Below are positions 52,025 through 64,000 of a DNA stretch of 64,000 nt, one piece after another. Each line of letters opens with the position of its first letter. Position 1 is the stretch's first letter. This stretch comes from Octopus bimaculoides (Eukaryota), in assembly GCF_001194135.2 (NCBI RefSeq), contig NC_068993.1, positions 12,102,085 through 12,166,084 of the forward strand, in the 5' to 3' direction. Both the position numbers and the translations under genes were made by a program. The notes beneath the pieces were generated by a model. That model was given only the letters and a program-made list of their open reading frames with translations, was not told the origin of the DNA and searched no databases.

Positions 52025-53350
52025 TCTTCTGTCTTAACGTTCTGAGTTCAAATTCTGTCGAGGTTGACTTTGCCATTCATCCTTTCGGGGTGGATAAATC
52101 AAGTACCAGTTGTGTCCTGGTGTTGAACTTATCGACTGCCCCCCCTCCCTCAGAATTTCGGTCCTTGTGCCTAAAGTAGAAAATATTATATCATATCTAA
52201 ATTTACAGCTACACGTTCGGGCTCACTTTCATATTGTTAATATTTGTATGTCTTAAGGTTGCGAACAGGCAGAAATGTTAGCATGCCGAGCGAAATGCTT
52301 AGCTGTAGTTGGTCAGTCTTTACGTTCTGAGTTCAAATTCCCCGAGACCGAGGTCGGTGTGTTCCTTTGTGTGGAAGAGCGTAGGCTCGAAACGTTAAAG
52401 ATATTTTCACTTCCCTAGCGTTAAACTAATACAGCTGTTTGTTGTGTACACCACCTCTCTGCGTCTTTTGTTTTTTGTGTGACTTCTTCCCTATAAATTA
52501 AGTACCAGTTACTACTGGGGTCGATCTAATCGACTGGCCCCTACCCGAAAATTTCGACCTTGAGCCGAGAGTAGAATAGAATATTCTCTTATTATATCTA
52601 TAATATAAATCACGTCCTGTATGTGTGTGTATGTAAAAGATTATAACGGCCGTATTTTTCATCTGATTTTCTGCAAACTGGGAACATGCATTACTTATGT
52701 TCCACATATTGTTAAAATTTGTATGTTTAAAGGCGGTGAGCTGGCTGAAACGTTAGCACGCCGGGCGAGATACTTAGGGGTATTTTATCTGCCGCTACAT
52801 TCTGAGTTCAAATTCCACCGAGGTCGACTTTGCTTTTCATCCTTTCGGGGTCAATAAATTAAGTACCAGCTGCGTGCAGTGTTTGATGTAATCAACTGGC
52901 CCCATCCGCCAAAATTACGGTCCTTGTGCTTTGAATGAAAACATATTTGTATGTTTAAAAGGCGGCATGCAGGCAGAACAGTTAGAACGCCAAGCAAAAG
53001 TTTGAAGGACAATTCGCCCGTTTTGAAATTCTCTTTCCGAATTCCGCAGAGGTTGACTTTGCATTTTATCCTTTCAGAGTCGATAAAATAACTACAAGAG
53101 GAGCACTGAGATCGATATCCTCGTCTAGCTTCCAAAATATGATAGCAATATTTCTATGTTTGTTAGATAGCGTGACTGTATAATAGTTAGCACGCCTGGT
53201 AACATGCTAGGCTGAATTTTGCCGATCTTAAGGTTCTACCTTCAAATAGCACGTAGATCGTTTACCTATCATTCTTTCCGATCAGTACTAGGGTCGATGT
53301 AACCGACGTACTCATTCCTTCGTAATTGCTGACCTTGTGCCAAACCTAAA
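52025..53350 (+). mobile_element. Same-orientation cluster of about five SINE family A copies
   Basis: Copies at about 52025-52190, 52255-52585 (interrupted), 52730-52935, 52960-53110 and 53170-53355. Each has acgttctgagttcaaattc and/or the gtcgat..aagtaccag body and a ccttg tail. Confidence 0.9.
52360..52495 (+). mobile_element. Hammerhead-headed dispersed repeat, copy 3, nested inside a SINE
   Basis: ctttGTGTGGAaGAGCgtagGCTCGAAACgttaaag..cacttccctagcgttaaactaatac. It interrupts the SINE between gaggtcgg and taaattaagtaccag. Confidence 0.7.
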
Positions 53351-55311
53351 ATCAATATTCGCATGTGAGCTTGTCGGTGTCTACGTGTCCTTATATGCAT
53401 GCGTAAGCTTGTTTGAGACGTTACATGATATATATATGTTTGTGTGCGTGTTTATACACATACACACGCATACACGCACACACATTCAAACACACTCACA
53501 CACACGCACACACAAACACATATATATGAATACACACATGTAAATTTGTATGTGCTTATTGTTTCCCATTTTCTCAATACATATTTGCAACAATTTTTGC
53601 CTGGTTTTGTTTTCCTACCCGACCAGTTATGAATGCTTAACAGGTTGATGTCTGTCTTGTGTTATGTCATCCATTAATGTAAAAATTAATGATTGTATAA
53701 ACAATGTTAAATGTAATACAAGTATATATATATATATATATATATNNNNNNNNNNNNNNNNNNNNNNNNNNNNNNNNNNNNNNNNNNNNNNNNNNNNNNN
53801 NNNNNNNNNNNNNNNNNNNNNNNNNNNNNNNNNNNNNNNNNNNNNNNNNNNTATATATATCCAAATCAAATAAGAATTTAGATCGATATATGGGCTTAAA
53901 GAAGAAATAAGAGTAAAGCAGAAACATAGCTGCAATATAGCTGCAATCTTTGGACTGAAATAGTAATAACGTAGCGGAATATATATCTTTGCTAATGGGT
54001 ATTATATGAATGATTTGGCCGAATCCTGGTCAGCAATATTGTATTAATTACATGTGGAAAATTATACCGCACTAGAAGTCAGATAACGTCGACATATCGC
54101 AATTGTTCGGCTGCTTATTATTTCGTACGACGTTATTACATGTTAGTTTAAAAAAAAATTAAGTTTTGTTCACAGGTTTGTTACGTAAGTTACACTTAGT
54201 TAGTCGGCATTTAAGAACATCCCTACTGTTATTACACGTGTTTTATATTATATTTTATATGTTATGTAATAATAACAAGAAAGGTGAAATTGGAAAATTA
54301 ATCATGACACATAAAATACTCATCGATACAGGTAAATGGGGGATGGAGCAGACTTAAAAGAAGAAGTAGCTTTAGAATAGATGCATTCGTAGGTTAATAG
54401 GGAAAAAAATTAAAGAAACGTGAAAAAATAACAGCGAAAATTCGAAAAAGCGTTTGTAACAACGCACGCACGTGTAGTAGTAGCAGTAGTAGCAGCAGAT
54501 GTAATACTAGTAACTGTAGTAACAGTAGCAATAACAATAGCAGCAGTAGCAGGAGTAGTGAAAATATTGTTTTTATATATATAATCCTTCAGTTATTTTC
54601 TGGCTCTCCATTGAAACCGCATTTCGTTCGCATGAATTTACATAAATATTTATTTATATATCTGCAATGCTAAGTGAAGACACTCTAGATTATCCCTTGC
54701 TGTGCTTAAGCTCTTGACAATAACCTAACCTCCTATAATGATGCAGTCCACTAAGCTGTAGAAAAGGAACCAAGTATTGTTAAATCTTATTGTCTACATC
54801 ACCAATAACAATATATGATTAAATAATGTCTAACTTGCCTTACACATTGGGATTCACTTCATCTCATTACTGTCATTTCGATAGCGATCGGCTTGGAAAA
54901 TCTGATTCAGTGAACAAGTATTATGTTTACATAACGTATGAAATTAGTACCTCAAGGAGTATTTATTTTATTAACATTTATACTACTACTACATATATAN
55001 NNNNNNNNNNNNNNNNNNNNNNNNNNNNNNNNNNNNNNNNNNNNNNNNNNNNNNNNNNNNNNNNNNNNNNNNNNNNNNNNNNNNNNNNNNNNNNNNNNNN
55101 NNNNNNNNNNNNNNNNNNNNNNNNNNNNNNNNNNNNNNNNNNNNNNNNNNNNNNNNNNNNNNNNNNNNNNNNNTATATACGTTTATATATTTGTTTTGCA
55201 AGATTCTTGATATGTATGTATGTATACATATATACATATTATATGTTTGCTTACATATTCTTCTATATTAATCATATAATATCAATTCAAAGCAATTTCT
55301 AATGCAACGTA

Positions 55312-55440
55312 TGAATGGCTCATGACCTTGTGGTTAGTGTGTTCGGATCACCGTCGTAATAACTTCAGTTCAATTCCTGTTCCTGGCAGTCTGCTATCTC
55401 CATGAACAACGCGTTTACTTCACGTTGATCAAGCTCTTTG
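55312..55440 (+). mobile_element. SINE family C head, degenerate
   Basis: gaatggctcatgaccttgtggttagtgtgttcggatcaccgtcgtaataacttcagttcaattcctg has tRNA-like A/B boxes. Confidence 0.55.
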
Positions 55441-57682
55441 GATGCAGTATATACAACAAAATACTCTCATTCTAGTTAAAGTTTGAAAGCATCGAGAAGT
55501 AAGACACACGAGGATGAAGAGACAGATATAAATTTCTTCAAAGGAAAGTGAGAATCCTTTAAGAACTTCACATTTCGTTTCACTGAATAATTTTGATAAT
55601 AAAAACGTAACAGGTAATATACAAAATAACCCGTATAATTTAGAGAAACATTAACCCTTCATCTTTAAAACCAACCACATCTGGCCAAAATATTCTACTG
55701 GCTGTGTCCAACCTCTCTTACCTACCCTACAATATGGTGACTATTGTCCCCGTGAACAAATAAGTAGCGAAATCATGGTATATGTCATCAAACTTTATTC
55801 GTTCCTGTGTGACGGGTGTCGCAGGTTAACAGAAAATCATTAAGTAAATGATATCACATGTTTATTGTTTTTTTTTCCTTTATTGCCATTTTCATCTCTT
55901 AATAGTTTCGCTTGTTGAGCTGATGCCATGCATGGGCATCGCTGTGAAGATATTTAACGCAACATTGTCCTTAGCCAGTTTGACTCAGAGAGTGAAAGGT
56001 CGTAAGAGAATACTATATGACTGCAGTGCGGGACGCTAGAGATTCTTTTAATCTAATGCTCCACATTCTATAGTAATGTTAGGTTCAGTTTTAGATTGCA
56101 TAATTGTCTAATTTCAACACGATTAAAAGTAATCGAATGTTTCAGTATGAGAAACTTGTGGAAGGAAATATTTTCTCAATGGTAATTTGTATTTTCGTTT
56201 CGCCCCATTTCTGCCTCAAAAAGTTGACTTCTCGGATGAAAGATATTAGTACCATTATAATCCATTCCTCTTTATATATATCTACAGGAAATATATTTTT
56301 CCATGTATTTTTCCGGTCTTACGCATTTCCGCTAATCAATATGCTTGTATATCGTTATGTTGCCACTCACACAATTTAGTATCACAATGTGTAGGGAGTA
56401 CCTTAACTAAAGTATGACATATAGGGTTTAAAACTCTCTACCCTATCAACGATTAGATTTCTATGCAAACAGATGTACGCTAATGCTAAAACCGTGTATT
56501 GTAGATTATTTAGAAGTTGAATCATATTTGCAAAGCATGTTACAATAAGGAAAGTAAACAGCTAAATTAATCTCCCCTAATATAAATAGATCTGCATTCT
56601 GTTCGTTATTCTTACTTCAATTAATAATGTAATTAATATAGGTAAATATATTTACTAACTCATTACATATGTAGGCTCCGCGATTTTTTTTTTTTTTTTG
56701 CCGCTGTTGAGGTGTGGCTTTCTTCTTACTCGCTAGCAATTTGTAGCTTCTGGCAACAATTTACAGAACTGGAAAACTGATATGAATATAGCAGGAAGAA
56801 TTTAAAGACTTTACTTAGACACGAAATTAAGTGCGAGTTTCATAGCTTGTTAATGCATCATGTTATGATGTCCTTCGAAATATCAAATTCAGCCTATATA
56901 CGTGCGATAGTTTACATATATGTACACCTCGGTTTCCTTTCTCTTACTGCACTTCCTACATATCTCCCCCTCTCAGTACATACATATATATTTAAATATG
57001 TATATATATATATATATATATNNNNNNNNNNNNNNNNNNNNNNNNNNNNNNNNNNNNNNNNNNNNNNNNNNNNNNNNNNNNNNNNNNNNNNNNNNNNNNN
57101 NNNNNNNNNNNNNNNNNNNNNNNNNNNNNNNNNNNNNNNNNNNNNNNNNNNNNNNNNNNNNNNNNNNNNNNNNNNNNNNNNNNNNNNNNNNNNNNNNNNN
57201 NNNNNNNNNNNNNNNNNNNNNNNNNNNNNNNNNNNNNNNNNNNNNNNNNNNNNNNNNNNNNNNNNNNNNNNNNNNNNNNNNNNNNNNNNNNNNNNNNNNN
57301 NNNNNNNNNNNNNNNNNNNNNNNNNNNNNNNNNNNNNNNNNNNNNNNNNNNNNNNNNNNNNNNNNNNNNNNNNNNNNNNNNNNNNNNNNNNNNNNNNNNN
57401 NNNNNNNNNNNNNNNNNNNNNNNNNNNNNNNNNNNNNNNNNNNNNNNNNNNNNNNNNNNNNNNNNNNNNNNNNNNNNNNNNNNNNNNNNNNNNNNNNNNN
57501 NNNNNNNNNNNNNNNNNNNNNNNNNNNNNNNNNNNNNNNNNNNNNNNNNNNNNNNNNNNNNNNNNNNNNNNNNNNNNNNNNNNNNNNNNNNNNNNNNNNN
57601 NNNNNNNNNNNNNNNNNNNNNNNNNNNNNNNNNNNNNNNNNNNNNNNNNNNNNNNNNNNNNNNNNNNNNNNNNNNNNNNNNN

Positions 57683-57721
<39 letters not shown>

Positions 57722-59259
57722 TATATATATATGTATATTTATACACATGCATACATGTTTATGTGTGTAGGAGTGCGCGTGTGCTTGTTCGTATGTGCGT
57801 GCGTAGCGGGGAAGCAGATGCGTAGAAGATTACATCGGCAGTAATAGAGAAAAAGTAAATACGGTAAACGTCTTAGTCACTTAGAGGAGAATAATTTTCA
57901 CTTACATGCTCACAAAAATTGCTGAGGAATTCAATTTGACGTGATGTTTTCAGAAAGAATGAAACAAGATTAATATCAGTTGCTGATAGAAGAATAGCTA
58001 TTATCAATCTATTTCATCTCATTTGTCATGTTACTATTATTAAATGAAATGAAATCATGGCAGATGAGAATGTAAGAGGGAAAGAAAGAGAGACAAAAGA
58101 GAAAAGAGAGATATCAGCATTGCTGTTCATGTATGACAAGATCAAACTTGATTATATAATACCCGATAATAGTTAAGAAAACATGAAATACTTCAAAGTC
58201 AATCTATGAATATAATTGATATAATACGTTCCTTTACAGGTTCATTGGCATACGACACACTATATGTTCAACATGCTTTACAGTTGCCCATTTGTCAATT
58301 TAAGGATATGTGAAAAATATGAATATATACTAATAAAGAAAGAATGGACAAGTGAATAGAATGCAAAAATTATGCTTTATCTAATTACATTCAAGCTGTT
58401 TTATCTAATTTTAATCAACCTTAAATTTTTGATTAGCTAAATTGAAATTATTTGAAGAAGATGGTTGGAGATCTTCATTTTCGTTCATGTTAGTTAAATA
58501 AGACGTATGCATTTATAATAGGCGAATTGAGTGTTGATGAAACGAAAGAATGAAAAGAAGGAATAAACAAAATGAGAGTCACATATTCTGTTCTGTTTAG
58601 TTTCGTTTCTGATAACCTCTCTTTGTTCCGTTTGAATAGATATTTCGGATATTATGACTACAGTGTAATAATAACCTTCATATGATAGCAAACATATTTC
58701 TCGTTAACAAAGGCTTTATCTGATGCAATGGTACGAATACAAATAAATGGTGTAATTTAAATAAAACTCTTTAGAATCTTATTGAAAATGGACAAAAAGC
58801 GAATAAAATGCGTCAAATAATCGTAGAGATTGAAAACGAGCCTTTGCCGGATCAATTCAATATATTTTTAATAGTTCTTGTAAAATGAATCTATGGAAAT
58901 AGACGAGGCAATAGGATGGGAATGTTAACTCTTTACTGCGTTTAATCTTAATTCATTTGGTTCTTTAGTGGAAAATATATGCCCGTGTTGACTTTCTAAG
59001 ATATACACACATATATATATATATATATATATGTGTATGTATGTATGATACATGGATTCACCTGCACTGATGCACAGCCAAACACGCTTACAAACGTAAC
59101 ATATATATATATATATATAGTGAAAAACGAGCGAGAAGGGAAAGATAAAAACATTGATAATCTAATACGAATATTTTATCAAATTCGATACAAAAACGTT
59201 TTTTTTTTTTTAATTAACTGAGAAACACTTTTCAAACTTTGTCTATTCAAATTATGCTT

Positions 59260-61450
59260 TCACAATTTATGTTTTATCGAAAACCAAGGTTTTAAGTTTA
59301 CAAACTTCATTCTTCCAAGCCAAAATGTGTTATTGCATTCCTGAAGGTTGGTGACAACTGTTGAACTGAATTTAGTCTTCTCAAGACTTTGAACGTGAGC
59401 TAATGGCATTTTGAGCATGCGACTACGTTTTGTTAAATAATTATCACGTTTCCTCACTGTATTTTGTGCACCTATGAAGATCATACATGATTACCGCTTT
59501 CTTTTGTTTTTAAATTATAAAACATCAATGCATAGTTGTAAAGAAAGAAACTACTACATTTCACCGCATCGGACTCTGATGTGTTGTCTGTGTCAGTGAA
59601 TCTGCCCTACATCGAAATTTTCTCACCGATTGCAACAATCGTCTTTACAATTACAGTTTAATAGCGATTCGTTTTATTTAGATTAGCACTTATCATCTAC
59701 TGCTACGATACTCCACATCTGTTGTGGTGTCTTATCCGATTGTTTCCACTGAGTAATAAAGCGAACATACTTGGCAATGGTATGATATTACTGTTCTGAT
59801 TTATGTATTCAGGATGTCTCAGGAAAGATATGATTAGCATTCTCTGCATTATCCACTGCTACAGGAACATGTGTCTGCACATGGGTTTTCATTTTCAGTA
59901 TTTATTTTCCATAATATATGTTATATTTGTCTATATATTGCAGCAAAACGCGCTACTGTTTAAACTCAGCTGATGTTCTGATCTTCAGTGAAAAAATGGT
60001 AGCTAACTGAACTGAAATAATCTGGGAAGCACCTACAATATTGCTTGTTATGCTAGTATTCCTTTTCTTTGAATACTGTGGATTTGATATGCTAGTATTC
60101 CTTTTCTTTGAATACTGTGGATGTATATGTGTTGTGTACTGCCGAGACCTATTAAAGTTATAACACACTCTACAGTTATCGTGAACTGAAAGTATTCCCT
60201 TATATAGGTTAAGAGGATTCCTTAGTTGTGAGGCCAAATCTGAAGTTGTATTATCCCATTCATAACATTGAAGTTTGAATAGTGAGGATGATTGTTTAAA
60301 TCTGTTTTGATTGTGATACATGTTTATGGTGTAAACTGACAAATTTGTTCTCTTATCTTTTTTATGTTATATGTTTGTCCATTGTTCACGGAGATGTTGA
60401 ACTACCTGCAATGACATCATTGTGAAAAACGTGCATGTTATATATCACACAATGATCTTAGAAATATAATCGTGATACTTGTGCCATGTTGTAACTGAGA
60501 ATTGTCTAATGATTTTTGTTTTCTGAATGCATCTCTATTAACTTTGTACAGGGAAGATTCTTCATTTTTCACATTGTTATTGCCTGTTCTATAAGTTGTC
60601 ATCCTCTTCAAATTTTTGTTGTGATCAATCTGCGTATTGATCTATGTTTTTTTAAGCTCTGTTAACAGACATTATTAATACAGGAGAATAGGTGAGAATA
60701 TGAGAATACATGTGGCATGCTACCAGTAATTTAAGATTTCTTTTTATCCCCTACATGCCCATACATTTTGCGGAATGACAAATCTTCTCATAACCTTCAC
60801 CATAACTTGCATTGACATACTATCAAGTGACTGCAGGACATCTACTAATCATAGGTTTAATAACCCCCATTTCATTTAAATGGCCCATTGTGTAATATAT
60901 TTTGCTTAATTCGTTTAGAATCTATTTATAATTACACTACAGAGCATCTTTATTACTATAGGTAATGGATTTGACCACCGCTGCAATATTTTCAGAGTAA
61001 GACGAATGTTCGTGTATCAGTAATAAATATTTAGACTTTTTACTGGTTTCGTTCTCTACAAGCTTTTATTGTTAGCACTAAAAAGTAGACTATTCGGTTT
61101 ACGGCTGCTTCAGTTGGAACTAACTTCGGCGCAAATTTTTTCCTGGATAATACATGTATGACATATAAGTTATTGATATTCCTTGGGTGAATTTATCAGG
61201 TAAGGAGGCGAACATTTTTGTAACGTACCTTTCACGTAATATTTCATTCGCCTGGATAGGGCTCACATAAAACAACTTCCTTTTGCTCGAAACGCTATCA
61301 AAGATCCATTGTCATTGTTCCAAACGTTATTGTTTACATTGATTCAAAATGAGGTTTCACAACTTTATATTTGTTTGTAATTTTGTATTTTGATAGTTAA
61401 ATATTTGTGCTTGAAACCGTGTCTGTTTGAATAATTGTCAGATTTCTAGG
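59260..61450 (-). pseudogene. ~2.2-kb decayed reading frame, possibly a KDZ/Zisupton-type transposase relic
   Basis: Microsatellite-free block with long open stretches on the minus strand (track ORFs 59953-60342 and 59260-59484). Hand translation gives APKLVPTEAAVNR...CRERNQ*KSKYLLL...SENIAA...YYTMGH...SRCP...YGEGYEKI, then Cys-rich pieces (CADTCSC, CNCKDDCC). Confidence 0.35.
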
Positions 61451-61510
61451 ATGTTTATTCAAAATTTGTCATTTATTTGCAAAAGTTGAGGGAGGGTATA
61501 GGCTACGCTT

Positions 61511-61513
61511 ATT

Positions 61514-61544
<31 letters not shown>

Positions 61545-61545
61545 C

Positions 61546-61614
<69 letters not shown>

Positions 61615-61620
61615 CATTAT
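61511..61620. repeat. (ATT)n microsatellite
   Basis: Seen directly. Confidence 0.97.
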
Positions 61621-61944
61621 GCTATATCACAGAGAGGTGTTCGTTTTGGAAAGAAATGTAAAAAAAAAAAAAAGAAAAAGACAATGACAATCGTACTAAC
61701 GTTTTATCACTGTTGAAGGAAGTATTTAGACGAAAAAAATTTCTATCCCGTATAATGACGTTTACATGAAATATTCCGCAGAAATTGTTGATAAAAAAAA
61801 AAAAAAACGGAAGTATTTTGTCGTTGAGTAATCATAAACGAAAGCATTACCCAAGGGAAAAATATTTTATGTTCAGATAAACATAGAAGAACAAAATCAA
61901 CAATAATAAACACATGTATATAATAATAACAGCCGTAGTTATTA

Positions 61945-62125
61945 ATATTGGTTTCAAATTTTGGCACAAGGCCAGCAATTCCTGAGAGATGGCAAGTCGA
62001 TTACATTCATTATCCGAATTCATAAAAGGTAAATGCGACATCGGCGAATTTTGGACTCAGTACGGAAGGACGGTCGAAATGCCGCTAAGTATTTTCTCGG
62101 TGAACTAATGATTCTGCCAGTTCGA
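61945..62125 (-). mobile_element. SINE family A copy
   Basis: ttggtttcaaattttggcacaaggccagcaatt..gtcgattacat..cggcgaattttggactcagtacg..gaaatgccgctaag..aatgattctgccag. Confidence 0.85.
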
Positions 62126-62149
62126 CGCCCCGTGTTAGTTATTAATACT

Positions 62150-62336
62150 ATTATTGCTACTAAGGCAGTAAATAGGTAGCATCGTTTCGTACGAATTAAC
62201 GTTCTGAGATTAAATACCAACTTTGCATTTCATCGTTTCGTAGTCGATGAGATAAGTACCAGATAAGCACTAGGGTCGATACGATCGACAACCACCCGTT
62301 GCCAAAATGTCAGGCCTTGCGCCTAAAGTATAAAGG
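62150..62336 (+). mobile_element. SINE family A copy
   Basis: taaggcagtaaat..acgttctgagattaaat..ataagtaccag..ctagggtcgatacgatcgac..caggccttgcgcctaaagta. Confidence 0.8.
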
Positions 62337-62340
62337 ATTA

Positions 62341-62377
<37 letters not shown>

Positions 62378-62416
62378 CATTATTATTATTATTATTATCA
62401 TTATTATTATTATTAT

Positions 62417-62457
<41 letters not shown>

Positions 62458-62493
62458 ATAGTAGTAGTAGTAGTGGTGGTGGAGGTGGTGGTG

Positions 62494-62562
<69 letters not shown>

Positions 62563-62580
62563 ACATTAGTATTATTATTA
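62337..62580. repeat. Mirror-ordered compound trinucleotide array (TTA)n-(TAG)n-(TGG)n-(TAG)n-(TTA)
   Basis: Seen directly, between the tails of two convergent SINEs. Confidence 0.95.
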
Positions 62581-62775
62581 TGGTTTCAAATTTTGGCACA
62601 ATGTCAGCAATTTTAAGGAAGAGTTATTTACATTATTATCGAACCCAGTACATGGTGGGTACTTAATTTTATCGACCTGGGAGTAAATATATTCAAAGTT
62701 GATCTTCACGCTATTTGCATTAAGAACGTCGAAATTAAGAACTGCTGCTAGCCATTTTATCTAGCGTCATAACGA
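62581..62775 (-). mobile_element. SINE family A copy, degenerate
   Basis: tggtttcaaattttggcacaatgtcagcaatt..cgaacccagt..gtacttaattttatcgacc..aaagttgatctt..aagaacgt. Confidence 0.75.
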
Positions 62776-63109
62776 ATCTTCCAGCTCGTATCTTTTTTAT
62801 TATTAGACAGAATTGTTCGACTATATTCAAAATATAGATAAGTATCACTACGATGTTGAACAGGAAGAATATATAAAAGGGAGTATTAAAAAAAAAAGTT
62901 TGAAATTACGAAAAGATATATTATACATTTATGCTGATACATACACAAGCGTACGCACGAATGCACACACATACACACACCCATTCACACAGTCAATGGA
63001 TATATATAGATTTAAATATAGATATAAATATACGTGCATCTATATGCACAGAAAATTTTATACTTGGAAGCATAATATTAAGGGAATGAAACGAAAGATT
63101 ATTGATTAA

Positions 63110-63300
63110 GGTGATTCTGGGCACTCCCTGATGATATTCACTTAACCATTTCTGAAATTGTCTTCGTGTGCAACCGAATGCACCAGTGAGCATTTTGGGG
63201 AAAAGTTGATGTTGAAAAACACCAATATTTTGAGGCTATTCTGTTTTAAGTTCAGTGTAATATTAATAGATTTAATTTTATTAACAATCTGTCTCTTTGC
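63110..63300 (-). mobile_element. Penelope-like GIY-YIG endonuclease relic
   Basis: Minus strand, across a frameshift: KILVFFNINFSPKCSLV / GCTRRQFQKWLSEYHQG. Resembles VY.I.CPKC...YIG.T.R....R..EH. Confidence 0.4.
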
Positions 63301-63869
63301 ATGTTGTTTATTCTCTAAACGTAACAGTTTCTCTATCCTTATAAATTCTTTGGAGATTATATGGACCCACAAATGCGAGATTTTGTCTTGTAACTCTTTC
63401 TTTGGTTTTTCGAAGACCGGTGAATCTTAGTTCATATTTGTTCTGTTCATGTTTTCCTGTAATTTCCTGAGAAGGAATTTATTCCTTTGTTGTTCGGAAG
63501 ACAGTGTTCCTCTTCCAATGTTTCTTTATTTTGTGGCTTATTTCTCTGTAATATTTTAATTTTTCCTTTTCGGATTTTCAACGATCTTTATGAATTTTCA
63601 TCTGTAGTTATCATTTTTTCTTCATGTCAAGACGGTATGTTAGTACGCGTGTTAGTACTATTAGGAGATGAAGGGTTATTTGGCATAAAGATATTTCACT
63701 TGTTATCTCCGTAATTTTCATTGGTAATCAACTGGAAATCGGTATTTGTTGTTCGTTTGGTGTTGCATTTATTCTTCATTATATTTATTCTTCATTGTAT
63801 TTTTATGCTTAGGCTTTCCAGCTCGTCCAAGCTTTCCGCTCCATGTATATTATTATCGACTCTTAAAGA

Positions 63870-63977
63870 ATGAACGGGAAAATTGACTTTGGCGTAATTT
63901 GAACTTGTAATGCAGAGAGTTGGAATGATTACCGCACGATAATCGAGTCGTCGTTTTAACGACCCAGTCAATTCGCT
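63870..63977 (-). mobile_element. SINE family A 5' half, degenerate
   Basis: aaagaatgaacgggaaaattgactttggcgtaatttgaacttgtaatg..ttaacgacccagtcaattcgc. Confidence 0.55.
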
Positions 63978-64000
63978 TATATATATATATATATATATAT

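Overview
AT-rich, microsatellite-saturated eukaryotic genomic DNA. It has 18 N-gaps (about 6.3 kb in total), nearly all opening at (TA)n/(TG)n tracts, as expected of a short-read draft assembly. The SINE families and repeat landscape look like an octopus (coleoid cephalopod) genome; this is an inference from recognising the repeats. I cannot support any intact host protein-coding gene, tRNA, rRNA or CRISPR array, so the window reads as intronic or intergenic. Almost all ORFs in the track are microsatellite or N artefacts. Supportable content: many copies of three tRNA-derived SINE families, several stacked in same-orientation arrays with target-site duplications; decayed non-LTR elements of several clades (RTE 3' end, Dong/R4-like end in a (TAA)n tract, HERO-like end, an L1/Tx1-like ORF1 relic); Penelope-like GIY-YIG relics; and a TTAA-flanked MITE. 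The most interesting signals are (1) a dispersed ~150-bp repeat headed by a minimal hammerhead-ribozyme-like motif with compensatory base changes between copies, (2) a ~2-kb decayed reading frame resembling a KDZ/Zisupton transposase, (3) a minus-strand acceptor fused to a donor (AG|GTGAG; candidate recursive splice site), and (4) a perfect 62-bp-arm palindrome ending exactly at a gap. Protein-family calls come from hand translation and remembered motifs, and boundaries of decayed elements are approximate.
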